This document shows positions 26,706 through 40,128 of a stretch of 64,000 nt of DNA, in pieces. Numbering within the stretch: the first letter of the stretch is position 1; the number at the start of each line of letters is the position of its first letter. Position numbers and translations under genes: made by a program. This DNA comes from Octopus sinensis (lineage: Eukaryota), in assembly GCF_006345805.1 (NCBI RefSeq), contig NC_042998.1:70804001-70868000 (forward strand). Reading direction: 5' to 3'. Under the pieces are notes generated by a model. It worked only from the letters and a program-made list of their open reading frames with translations. It was not told where the DNA came from and ran no database searches.

Positions 26706-27332
26706 ACAGACTGACGAGTGTGTATATGTGTGTGCGTGTGTGTGTGTGTGTGTGTGTAATAAATTGACGCATACATATAGAAACATAACAGACTGATGCA
26801 TACCCATATACTGACATAATAACCGACACATTCATGTGCTAACTTAGACTGATATACACGTTTAGAGACTTAACAGACAGATACACGTTCGAATGTACAG
26901 TCACAATAATCTGGTTCATATGAATTATGTAGAACTAACAGACTGTCACATACTTACACATACCATACATACAAGAAGGCATACTGGCAGACAAACAAGG
27001 CACATACATTTATAACAACGCATACAGACTCATGCATATATACATTCTTACATACAGTCTTACATAAATACATACATACGTACATACATATATACATACA
27101 TACATATATGCATACATACATACATACATACATACATACATACATACATACACATACATACATACATACATACATACATACATAAATACATACATAAATA
27201 CATACATACATACATACATGCATAATATACATACATACATACATACATACGTACATACATACAAAGTTATATAGAAACAAAAACGTTCTTAAATAAATAC
27301 GTCAGAAAGATGGTTTGCTGAAGAGCGAGGAG

Positions 27333-27378
<46 letters not shown>

Positions 27379-27834
27379 AGAGAGAGAGAGAGAGAAAGAT
27401 TGATGATGATACACCGTGAAAGAAGGAAAAAGAAAAGAGAGAGAAATAAAGGGGGATGGCTATATGTCAATTAACAGAAAGGGTTTTATAGAGGGAACAA
27501 TTTATGAAAACACCAGCATGTGCCTTAAAAGTTGTTTCACCATTTTACACAAATAAGTTAATTGTATACTGATGCCCAGAGATGTATGCGTATGCGTGTG
27601 TATACATATACACATGAATACAAACATTTATATGTGTGTGTATATATATATATATATACATACATATATATACAAACACCTATATATATGCATGCACCTA
27701 TAGATATATACACATATGCATATATATATATATATATACACCTATTTTTATGCCTATGCGTATGTATATGTGTGCATTTATGTATATTTATGTAAATCTG
27801 TACAAGTGTATCTATATTAACGTGCTGATATATA

Positions 27835-27896
<62 letters not shown>

Positions 27897-28609
27897 ATAT
27901 GTGTGTGTATGTGTGTGTGTGTGTGTGTGTGTACAGAAGAGTGAGTGTGTGTGTCCTTGTGTGCATATGTGTGTTGTATATGTATGTGCAAGTGTGTGCA
28001 CATATATATGTAGCTATGGGTGCGTGTTTGTATGTATATATGTGCTAGTTTGTATATGTGTATACGTGTGTGTGAGAGAGAGAGAGAGAGAGGTTTTGTA
28101 ATGTCAGCTAATTTAAAATGATGTCAGCGATAAGTTGAGGCCAAATAAACATTTTATTAACTCAGGCTAATCTAACATTGCAATATTTGGGTAGGTTCTA
28201 TGTATCTTTAAAATTGCGCACACATACACACTGGAACGCAAGCAGACATACATACACGTACTTACACACTGATATAGAGAAACATACACATGCATGCACA
28301 TATACCACCAGATATCAGCGACACATACATACATACATACATACATACATACATACATACATACATACATACACTCACGCTTGCACAAAATTATACGCGC
28401 ATACTTACACATATACACACATCCATTGTCAAGCCCAGTTATACAGACACATAGAGACGCATGCACACTTTCATATATACACAGGTATTCATACATGTGC
28501 ATAGGAAGCATACACACATAGATACCCAAACATTTATACACACATATACAAATATACACAAATAAGCGCAAACATTTACGTAACGCTACATACATCCAAC
28601 AATGCAAAG

Positions 28610-28646
<37 letters not shown>

Positions 28647-28894
28647 CATATATATACATGTAAACATACACAAATACATATGACACCTATATATACATGA
28701 ACAATCGTACACATGTACACACAAATAATAAATAGAAATATTCCCACCGCCTGCTGCCTTATCTGTAAAATAAATTGAACAGCAGAAAGTAAATAACAAA
28801 AGTCAATAAAAATAAAAATATTGATAGAAAAAAAAATCACTTAAAAACAACGAGAAAAGTAAAAACAAGCGAAAATAATGTTGTGTAAATGATG

Positions 28895-29391
28895 TTGTTG
28901 TTGGTATTATTGGTGTTGTTATTTCTGTTGTTGTTGTTGTTGTTGTTGTTGTTTTGTTCATGGTTTTGATTTCGTTGCTGAAATCGATCATTGAAACATC
29001 ACCAATAACAACAATAACAACACCAACAATCGTAACAACAAAATAAAAGAAAAAAACAATAACAACACCAACAATCGTAACAACAAAACAAAAGAAAAAA
29101 CAATAATAGCAATGTCAACAATAAACGATGACAGTAACTACAACTACCAACAATAACAACATTAATAAACAATAACAACAGCGATAACTATAAAATCACA
29201 ACAAAAAAAATCAATCACAACAACGCTAACGTCATCCACAATAGCAACAACAAGAGTAATAAAGCTGATAAAGCAACAACAACAACAGCAACAATTTAGG
29301 TTTTTAATTTTACATTTTACAATTAATTGGTAAAATATCTGGTGACCTTTAATTATAGTTTATCTTAATATGATATCGAACATCACTATGA

Positions 29392-29425
<34 letters not shown>

Positions 29426-30182
29426 GGTGGTATTGATGAAGATGATGATGGGGGTGATGATAATGACGATAGTAATGGAGGTGGTTGTTGGGATTGTGAT
29501 GGCAATGTTAATGGTGGTAATGATGGTAATGAAGAAGGTGGCGATAAACGGTATAATAATAATAGCTGTGGCGGTGATGATGCAAATGGTGATAATAATG
29601 ACGATGATAATAATGATGATGATGATGATGATGATGGTAATGGTGGTGGTGGTGATGATGGTGATATTGGCTATGGCGATATTGGTGGTGATAGGGATGG
29701 CAGTAATGTAATTATGGTTTTGACTGTCGTTGCATTATCACCATCGTCGTCGTTATCATTTATCGACGTCATCATCATCATCATCATCATCAAGAACAAC
29801 AACAGCATCATCATTAACAACATCATCAATACCATCATCATCATCATGGTCATTATCATCATGGTCATCATCAGCGTGATCGGTGCCGTCGATGTTGTCA
29901 TCATCACCACCACGATCATCATCATCATCTTTATGACCACAGGTTCAAGAAAATGATGACTGTAGTGTTTTATCTGCTAATGATGTTGATGATGAAGTCG
30001 GTGATAACAAGTATGACAATGAGGACGATGATGCCAAGAGGTGGCTACCACTGTTGCAGGGAACTGAACTTCGTCGTCGTCGTCAGCATCATCATTATCG
30101 TCATCAACATCATCCACACCATCATCGTTATCATCATCACCCTCATCGTTTTTCTCATCATCACCATCATCACCGTCATCAA

Positions 30183-30225
<43 letters not shown>

Positions 30226-30365
30226 GTCATTATCATCGTCATCACCGTCATCATCACCGTCATCATCATCATCATCACCGTCATCATCATCATCATCTTC
30301 ATCATTATCACCATCGTCGTCGTCGTTATCATCATCATTATCGTCATCGTCGTCGTCAATGATAA
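28895..30365. repeat. Low-complexity trinucleotide field (TTG/CAA, then alternating ATG-rich and CAT-rich tracts)
   Basis: Direct inspection. It is the source of the poly-M/I/D/H ORFs. Confidence 0.95.
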
Positions 30366-30863
30366 GACCAACAAGATATTGATATAATAAAAAACGTGCT
30401 TCGCTGTTTGGTTTATGGCGTGCGTTTACAGTTTGATCTGAAGATTGACGAAACAGAACACGTTGTTTGTATGTAAAGTATATTAATGTCACTTGCATCT
30501 GATATAGTTTCCCATCATATATCGATCTGCTCATAGATTAGGCTACAATACACTTTGATATTTTCCGCGGGTTTCAATATACTTTGATCATTTCGACGGT
30601 TTTCATGTACTTTTGCCTGTATTTTTTCCGGAGTTGTTTTTGAAAATATTTTCACAGATAAATAATGTCCTGAGCAAAGCCCCCACACCCACATGTATGT
30701 ATGTATGTATGTATGTATGTATGTATGTATGTATGTATGTATGTATGTATGTATGTACATGTATATGCATATACCAGGTTTTGAGGTTTCTGCTTTCCTC
30801 TATATATATCTACATACAAACCTATCTAATTATGTATGATACATGTTTATATGTATGTGCTTT

Positions 30864-30864
<1 letters not shown>

Positions 30865-30957
<93 letters not shown>

Positions 30958-31010
30958 GATCGATCGATCTATCGATCTATCGATCTATCGATCTATCTAT
31001 CTATATATCT
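30865..31010. repeat. (TATC)n microsatellite
   Basis: Direct inspection. Confidence 0.97.
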
Positions 31011-31779
31011 ATGTCCGCCTGTTTGTCTTGTGCGCGCTTGTTTGTGTGTGCGTGCCTATTATATATCATCATCATCATCATCATTATGTTCATTATCATA
31101 ATTATATCACCACAACCACCACCGAACACCAACCCTTTTGTCGGCTGTAGTCCTTTTGTGATATTAGAAATCTATTTCCAGTCTACTCCAATTATTGAGT
31201 TCTATATCAGGAACATGTTTCATATGTAAAATTAATATGTCCAATAATGTTACACCGCTATATTTAGCGGTTTTTTTAAAGCAATGAGTTTGTGGATGAT
31301 TAATGGGTTCGATGGGCGCTGATGAAAGAACAAACAGTCCGGAAATATGATATATACACCACCTATTACCCATTTTCCCTCTTCGTACGTCTAATGTAAA
31401 CCGTTGTTTACATTAGACCTACGGGAATACGAAACGTCGTGACAAAATCAGTGCTTTCTAACATTTCTATAGAAAACCTACTGAGATATCTTTAACAAGT
31501 GCGATATACGTTTAAGATATACTCGTATATATTTGGAAAACTGACTTAACTGGTCTTTAAGAACAAACACTGAACTCGCAAACTTATTGGCTTATCAATA
31601 TCAAGCTATCTTTATTTCGACATTATAATATAATGCTAAATCGTAGACCTTGATTCCCCTGTACCTCAAAAAAGCTGGGGTATTTCCATCAACGAAAGTT
31701 TCGCTTTATCTTAAACATCAATTAGGACAGTATAATCAATAATGCTGACCTAGAAATAAAGTAAACAATGGAAACTTAG

Positions 31780-33040
31780 AATGAACCATGATGAAACGTT
31801 ATTAATCATTGTTTGCACATGTGGTAAGAATGAAAGAAGAGAGATTTCCATCTTTACAAAGACTAGTTACCAATATTACTTACAAATGACTGGAATAAAG
31901 AGTGGTAACAGAAGAACCGACACTTAAAGAGAAAGAAACACTAAAAAAAAAATCTTTCAAAGGCATAGAAATAGAAGGACGAACCGCTAGGAAGAGCAAC
32001 ACCAAAATTAATATCATAGAGAATCTAGAAGTAATATCGAACCCGAGGAAGAAGAACAAGGAAAGAGTTCGAGTGATGTTAATAACACAATAAATACTAG
32101 AAATAGACAAACAAGTCTATGCAGCTGTGCAAGAAATGAAGTATGCCTGCTGGAATCAAGATATCAAAATAGGAACCTGTTATATTGATACAAAGTTACC
32201 TCGGAGATAAGAGAAGTACTTTTATATAGGGAACAACTGACTTTTTTTCAAAAATAGTTTGATCAGTTTTTAAAATTCTTTTAGTGATAGGAAAAAAAAA
32301 TGCTGCAAGCCTAAATAAACTAATTTGGTCAATTAGAGACAAAAACAATAGCTGTTCTATCGATTAAGAACTAATTAGTACTATTAATAGGGAGATCTAG
32401 ATGCGACTTGTGCGTAGAAGAAGTTTACCAAATATTTACACCAAGAAACGCATTAATTAATACAAGACACAAACAAGCCTAATATATTCACACAAATACA
32501 GTGGGACATTTAAAAGATATAGAGGTAATTGTAGATAGCCAACGCCCCAGCAGCAATTAAGCATGATATAACAAGTAGAAGAACATACCCTAAGTATAAA
32601 AATATTTAATAACCATAATTAATACTAAAACAAATACTCTACCGTATGTTTAGCACAAACCATGAGTAGCCCAATAAAAAAAAATGAATATAAACAAGCA
32701 TGGACACTTCAATACAAGAACTACACTCGAAATCAAAAACATATCACTCCTCATTAAAACGAACAAAGAGACTAACAAAGATAATAATCTCGACCTTAAC
32801 CTATTTTAGGACCAAGCCCTAACTTCGGACATCCACTAGGTTGAAGTTGAAGTCAGCAGCACATACCTATAAATAACAACCCCTACCACCTCCAACAGAA
32901 CACTAACAAAAAATTACTTCAATCAGTTTATTTTGAGCATGATCAAAAGTAGCAACATTACATTTACAACAGTGAGTTGCCGCTGAAGCGGAAATATGTG
33001 TAGGTCATTATAATATGGTGTATATTACTATAAAATAAAT
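31780..33040 (+). mobile_element. Possible decayed LINE ORF1/gag-like remnant
   Basis: Long A-rich plus-strand segment with broken Lys-rich frames (ORF 31902-32093). I recognised no diagnostic motif. Confidence 0.3.
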
Positions 33041-33076
33041 TTTGCGGATGTACAAGTCGCCATACTCTATATTATT

Positions 33077-33285
33077 GGCAGCGACCTGGCAGAATCGTTA
33101 ACACGCCGGGCAAAATGCTTGGCTGCATTTCGTCCGTTTTTACGGTCTGAGTTCAAATTCAGCCGAGGCCCAATTTGCCGTTCATTATTTCGGGGTCGAT
33201 AAAGTAAGTACTAGCTGCGTACTGGGGTCGATGAAAATGACTTGCCTCTTTCCCCGAAATTGTTGTGTCAAAATTTGAAACTGAT
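33077..33285 (+). mobile_element. SINE family C
   Basis: ggcagcgacctggcagaatcgtta...gagttcaaattcagccgagg...ggggtcgat. Confidence 0.85.
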
Positions 33286-33485
33286 ATTAATATATACCCC
33301 AGACAATTTTTACCGTCCAGCAAAGAGTACACAGAATTACCCATCGGAAGAATTCACGGGTCGACTAACGACTAATTGTAGACGGACGTTATGTACTGAT
33401 GATGGTGGTTAGCCGCTAACTGCAACTTAAACGAGAACGAATACGGTATCTGCCTGTATAATATATCCCTCCAAAATCCCTTTAT

Positions 33486-33530
<45 letters not shown>

Positions 33531-33534
33531 TATT

Positions 33535-33970
<436 letters not shown>

Positions 33971-34026
33971 TATTATATTGTGTGGAATTTGATTTATTAT
34001 GTGTGTGTGTGTGAGTCTGTGTGTGT

Positions 34027-34337
34027 GAAGGCGCATTGCTCAGTGGTTAGAGCGTCGTGCTTACGATCGCGAGGTTGTGAATTCTAATCCCGGACCATGC
34101 TGCGTGTTGTGTTCTTGCTCCAGTTCACTCAGCTGTAGAAATGAGCTACGACGTCACAGGTGCCAAACTGTACCGGCCTTTGCCTTTCCCTTGGATAACA
34201 CTGGTGGCGTGGAGAGGGGAGACCGGTATGCATGGGCGATTGCTGGTCTTCCATAAACAACCTTTCCCGGACTTGTGCCTCTGAGGGTAACTTTCTAGGT
34301 GCAATCCCATGGTCAGTCATGACCGAAGAGGGTCTCA
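34027..34337 (+). mobile_element. SINE family B (tail type 2)
   Basis: Homologous to 13577-13909 with a short deletion in the CORE-like part. Confidence 0.88.
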
Positions 34338-34476
34338 GCTCAGCATTTATATATATGCATTATATATATTTACACGAGCATATATGATGCAGAATGGCAA
34401 ATACTGCCTGTGTGTTAGTTCATTAGAAGTGCTTGTATGTTTTCTTCGTATATACATGCATGCGGAATTTTTGTTG

Positions 34477-34527
<51 letters not shown>

Positions 34528-34606
34528 GACACTTGCATCAATGTACTTGTGCCCGCTCGCGTGTTTGTGGTGTGTGTGTGTTTGCGTATATGTACTGTTT
34601 GTACTT

Positions 34607-35002
34607 ATTCTCTTTTACTCTTTTACTTGCTTCAGTCATTTGACTGCAGTCATGCTGGAGCACCGCCTTTAGCCGAGCAAATCGACCCGGGACTTATTCT
34701 TTGTAAGCCCAGTACTAATTCTATCAGTGTCTTTTGCCGAACCGCTAAGTGACGGGGACATAAACGCAACAGCATCGGTTGTCAAGCAATGTTAGGGTGA
34801 CAAACACAGACACACAAACACACACACATATATATATACATATATACGACGGGCTTCTTTGAGTTTCCATTTACCAAATCCACTCTCAAGACTTTTGTCG
34901 GTCCAAGGCTATAGGAGAAAACTCTTGCCCAAGGTGCCACGCAGTGGGACTGAACCCGGAACCATGTGGTTGGTAAGCAAGCTGCCTACCACACAGCCAC
35001 TC
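34607..35002 (-). mobile_element. SINE family A
   Basis: Full-length match to 198-604. Confidence 0.9.
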
Positions 35003-35065
35003 GTTCTGTTTGCTTTTAGTTATGTTCATTTACAATTACTACAATACATGAAAAGTCATATCTTA

Positions 35066-35719
35066 CCTTCAGTGCTTCGATAACACGCGAACCTTAACAG
35101 CAAGTGTTGCAATGTTATATAGAACAGGCAGTAACACGGAATAGCCTAAGCACATTACTAATGGAAAACGCTTTGGAAATCAGAAAATATTCAATAATTG
35201 TCAGGTCGCTATTGTTCAGGTAAACATTGAAATCTCAGAGAATAAAACCACGTGCCGATGAATGTTGTAGATTTATATAATTTCGTACGAAGCCGAGATA
35301 CTCGTAGATTAAATGGTTTCCTTCTCTCGATTACTCCCGTTTGTTAACTGTGCTATCGCTAGTTTTCTAGTTTTAAAGGCATGAATCTCACAGCTTCACT
35401 AATGTTTTCTTATATAGCGAATCTGTATAGTAAGCATGGAAACATGAGGAGGCATGACTTCCAGTGTTATTCAATGCGTTTTAGAAGTTAATAATAAAGG
35501 AATTGTGTTTTAAATGACATAAGAAAAATATTTGTAAAAGTATATTACTACGGTTTCAATCCTACCCTGCACAATAGCTTTCCTACTTTTACTGAATATT
35601 TTGTGATTTCAAATGGGGTTTCCATTAGTGATGTACTTATGCTATTCAGCCTAACTGCCTGTTGTATGTAATATTGGCAGACTTGTTAAGGGTTCGCGTG
35701 TTGGGGAAGCACTTACGGG
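35066..35719. mobile_element. MITE / non-autonomous DNA transposon with long (~170-bp) diverged TIRs
   Basis: Left arm ccttcagtgcttcgataacacgcgaaccttaac...aacaggcagt...gaatagc...ctaatggaaa...gaaatca.aaaatattca matches the reverse complement of ~35550-35719. Flanked by TTA / TAA. Confidence 0.75.
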
Positions 35720-36229
35720 TAATATATGATTTCTCATGCATCGTAGGATTTGTAAATAAACATAACTAAAAGCAAATTACAGAAACATATATAAAAACAG
35801 AACACATTTTCATAGGCACTTGCGTGCTCACGTTGTCCACAGTATTTAGCTATATCTACACCTACATAGAAACATTCGGTGTAAATGCATGCAAATATAC
35901 AAACATAATCTACTGGTATTTCTTAACACGCTGACACATCGACTCTATTCCTTACTCTATGTACACATACGAACGCACTCATATAGATATGATGTAATAT
36001 ACACATTAATGCATAATGCATAGAAACATAATTGCATGGACACACGCGCGTAAGAATTATGTTATATAACTTATTTCCATACTCTGAACATGCATACAAA
36101 TACACGTGGACATATACTGAAAACATAAACTACATACCAAACAATATGCAGGCATTTTTATAACCCTAAAATCTACATACGCATGCGCAACCGAGTTGCA
36201 CGAACACAAGCACGAATACTATGGAAAAT

Positions 36230-36370
36230 TTCTTCTTCTTCTTCTTCTTCTTCTTCTTCTTCTTCTTCTTCTTCTTCTTCTTCTTCTTCTTCTTCTTCTT
36301 CTTCTTCTTCTTCTTCTTCTTCTTCTTCTTCTTCGTCTTCTTCTCCTCTTCTTCTTCTTCTTCTTCTTCA
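36230..36370. repeat. (CTT)n microsatellite
   Basis: Direct inspection. Confidence 0.97.
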
Positions 36371-36499
36371 GATAATGTCAGCATTATCAGATAACGTCGA
36401 CGTCATTATCGTCATAGTCATCATCATCAACAACAACCTCAACAACAATTACACTACATCTGTCTTTGAAATGCAGCATTAAGTTGTCAGTAATACCAT

Positions 36500-37200
36500 C
36501 ACATTCACAAGACATGCTGAAAGAGGCTACCTGATCTCCCCAGCGCCTGTTAAATAATTTTCTGTACCTAACATAGGTAAAAGGTACCTGCCTCTCCTAC
36601 ACAAACATTTTCCAGAAAATTACGGCTACAGGAAAATTCTTAACTGAAGATCAGTGAAGTTACGATATAGTCTCTGTTCCGATATGAAAAGTATCGTTAC
36701 ATGAGACCAACACCAAGTGTCCACACCCAGTTATAACTGTCGAGACTCAGGAACCTATACACTCGACCAGTGATGTATGATACAATCCGTCATATATGAG
36801 GCAGAAGTTACAGCAATGCTAGATAATGATACAACCGATAAAATGAGCTATATAGGACTAAGTAAAGACAAGTTAAAAAATCGCTATGCTAATCACATAT
36901 TTTCATTCTGACACAGGTACAAAAGTAAACCTCCTAAGTTGGTTAGACATGTATCGGGTGTGAAATCGAACGCCACACCACATGCGATAAAGAGGAAAAT
37001 AGTCAAAAATCCACACTATATGTTATCGGATCAAGCAAATGTAAGCTATGCGTAGCTAACAGAACCCAGATCCTTTTCAGATCTAAGAACTCTAATTGAC
37101 TGCTGAATTCTAGATCGGAAATTTTCAGCGGTTGTAAGCGTATAACTAAGTTCCTGTTGTCGAATTTCCAACTGCCTCCCTCTGGATTGAATAACTGTAC
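36500..37200 (+). mobile_element. Penelope-like element remnant (Naiad-type linker plus C-terminal GIY-YIG endonuclease)
   Basis: PNIGKRYLPLLHKHFPENYGYRKILN*RSVKLRYSLCSDMKSI; YNCRDSG...QSVIYEAEV...SYIGLSKDKLKNRYANHIFSF; KCKLCVANRTQILF...LLNSRSEIFSGCKRITKFLL. Confidence 0.85.
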
Positions 37201-37591
37201 CGCAGTCTCTAGGTGACTATCTTTTCAGCCTTATATTTTATGGTCCAAGGGAAAATAACTCTAATTCTCCCTTTTATGACTTCCTGATTTCTTTTTAATT
37301 TTCCGATTTTTTCAACCTTCCACCTTTTATATCTACTTCTTTCTCGCCTTTCCCCACTTTCTCTCTCATCCTATCGTCCCAGTTTTAGTTTTTTACTCCT
37401 TGTGGGTAGTTTCTGGTGATTGCGCTCGGACACCAGACGTGTTAAAAACACAGTTTGGCATACTCTCAACTCACGAAACTAACAGTAGCAGATAAAAGCA
37501 TATTGTGTTTGTTAAATATATATATATATATATATAAGAAATTAACTGGGTAAAAGTCAATACAAAGAGTACTCCATCGAATGAGAGTCCA

Positions 37592-37960
37592 ATATTACTA
37601 AACATTTCAGCTATATGTACTTATCGCGCTTCTAATAATTTCCGATACGTGCGTAGGTTCATCAGGCGCCAATCGCACTATAATCCCAAAACGTTAGTTT
37701 GAACAGAGGAACGGTTTAGAACTGACACGTTTTTATTTATTTTAGAGGAACAGTTTAGAACAGGCATATTTTTATTTGTTTTATTTTATTTTACCCATCA
37801 AGATGGTATCTTCCATTAGACATCCTCTATGTTTGTGCTGGTTCTAAACTGTTCCTCTATATTTAAACTAAAGTTTTGGGAGTATAGTGCGATTGGCACC
37901 TGATGAACGGGAAACTTTTAGAAGCACGATAAGTATATGTAGTTGAAGCGTTTAATTATA
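37592..37960. repeat. Foldback element with hammerhead-like cores in both arms
   Basis: ~37592-37730 is the reverse complement of ~37835-37960. CTGATGA...GAAA occurs at 37900-37914 (+) and 37639-37665 (-). Lies between (TA)n tracts. Confidence 0.75.
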
Positions 37961-37967
37961 TAATATA

Positions 37968-38038
<71 letters not shown>

Positions 38039-38094
38039 ATATATATATATATATATATATATATTACATATACATATATATACATATATATACG

Positions 38095-38300
38095 TGTGTG
38101 TTTGTCCACGACCACTTGACAACCGATGGTGGTGTTTTTATATCCCCGTAGCTTAGTGGTTTGGCATAAGAAACCAGTAGGATAAGTATCAGGTTTACAA
38201 AAGTAAGCAGCGGGGTCGATTCATTCAACTAAAATTCTTCAAACCGCTGCCCCAGCATGGCCACAGTCTAATGACTGAAACAAATCAAAGATAAAAAAGA
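38095..38300 (+). mobile_element. SINE family A 3' half (diverged)
   Basis: cttgacaaccgatg...ggggtcgattcattcaactaaaa...ccagcatggccacagtctaatgactgaaac. Confidence 0.75.
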
Positions 38301-38342
38301 TCGTAGTATAGTATGGTGGTAATGCTGTGTGGTGTAGTATAA

Positions 38343-38940
38343 TGAGTGTAGCATACCATTATATCATCTCACTATACCGTTCTTGAAACTATGTTACGTC
38401 AGAAAAAAAAACTTGCTAATTTCGTTCCAGGACATCTCGTTCGCACTGGATGCTATATTATTCCTTTCAGCTGCTCCCCAGTTAACTCGTCTACATGCAG
38501 CCGTGCGAATCTCACAGGCAGGCAAATTAAACCAGGTGGTAACCGACAAATTTTTGAAGGGCTTTTAACCCATCTTGTAGATATGATAACTGAATTTGTA
38601 ACAAATTGTGTAGCTTAAACCCTCAATTTTCAAAGGACAGGAAGACAATATCCAGTTAGGTCGCAGCAAATATCTCAGCAAATATTTATGTTCTCCATTG
38701 CCATCCCAGGAGGTCAACACGCTCTACCACTAACTCAAAACATCAAGGAGAATGAGCGAGGCTAGTCGAACGACTTAGCGTCCTTTCGCTATATTATGAA
38801 TTCAGCACGCGTCACGACTCAAACAACTGGGAACCACAAGCAAACAACAGATCTTTCATTGCCATAGTCGAGGCATCACCCGTGTCTGACAAGGATAAGC
38901 CATCACTTTCATAGTTCCTGCACTCGTGAAGCCCCACTCA
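38343..38940. mobile_element. ~600-bp insertion bounded by an exact 16-bp direct repeat (candidate TSD)
   Basis: gtgtggtgtagtataa at 38327-38342 and 38941-38956. Confidence 0.55.
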
Positions 38941-38988
38941 GTGTGGTGTAGTATAAGTGAGAGGCGGTCGTAATATTTCGTTCTCTCA

Positions 38989-39200
38989 AGGCGGTGAGCT
39001 GGCAGAAATGTTAACATGCCGGACGAAATGCTTAGCCGTATTTCGGCTGCCTTTACGTTCTGAGTTCAAATTCCGCCGAGGTCGACTTTGCCTTTCATCC
39101 TTTCGATGGTCGATACATTAAGTACCAGTTGTGTACTGGGATCGATCTAATCGACTGGCCCCCTCCTTCAAAATTTCGGACCTTGTGCCCAGAGTAGAAA
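38989..39200 (+). mobile_element. SINE family C
   Basis: ggcggtgagctggcagaaatgtta...gagttcaaattccgccgaggtcgactttgcctttcatcc. Confidence 0.88.
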
Positions 39201-39831
39201 AAAAAAAGGAATATTCTGCATCTTCCGTTGCTGATTCTATTTGAGAAATGCCACCGATATCCAACAGTTGAACTCTTACTTGTATTCATAAACGAAGACG
39301 AAGAAAAAAGAGACTACACCGCAATACACTGAACTATAATTACACTGAACTATAATAACATTGCACTACACTGCCATCAAACTATATTACACCAAACACA
39401 AATCTATGAGAGGGCTTTTAGCTGGTTGCACGAACCGCTAGAAACATCTTGACATACACAAGCTCACCTCTGCACCATCCAGCACTGAAAGGCCCTGCAC
39501 TAGATGTAAACAGTTTGTAGAAATGCGTCTGAGATCGTTGCCAAACACAATATCCTATCTATCGCAATGATAACGTACATCAATTTACTACCAAAAACAA
39601 AAATATACAATCGAAACAATAGCAGCAATAATGTGTACCCGCCATACACAAAAGCAACAAAAACATTAACAAAAATTTATGAAACTACGAGAATAATATA
39701 ACAAACACTACCAGAGGGGAAAAATATTATAACATGAAACACAATTCTGACATACAGAAAATTGGTACACACACAAATACACAATTTAACTGGATTATTC
39801 AAACCCACCCACTCACAAACATATTCATTGC

Positions 39832-39868
<37 letters not shown>

Positions 39869-40084
39869 TTATTTATATATACACTTACACCGGGTACACA
39901 TATAGATATACATACATATAAACGTATACACACACGCACGTATGTATACATACATACATACACATATATATGTATATATATATACATATGTATATGCATA
40001 TATACATACATTCATATATCCATATGTATGTATATATTATATATATATATTATATATATATATATTATATATATATATATGTAT

Positions 40085-40128
<44 letters not shown>

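Noticed and set aside
29370-30534. Poly-Met/Ile/Asp/His ORFs (e.g. an acidic biomineral-like protein)
   Set aside because: All frames on both strands are open because of ATG/CAT repeats. There is no signal peptide or exon structure.
36640-37100. In-frame TGA codons as selenocysteine (reported for some Naiad PLEs)
   Set aside because: The TGAs do not fall at the conserved Cys positions and several fit CGA>TGA decay. The copy also has frameshifts, and I recognised no SECIS.
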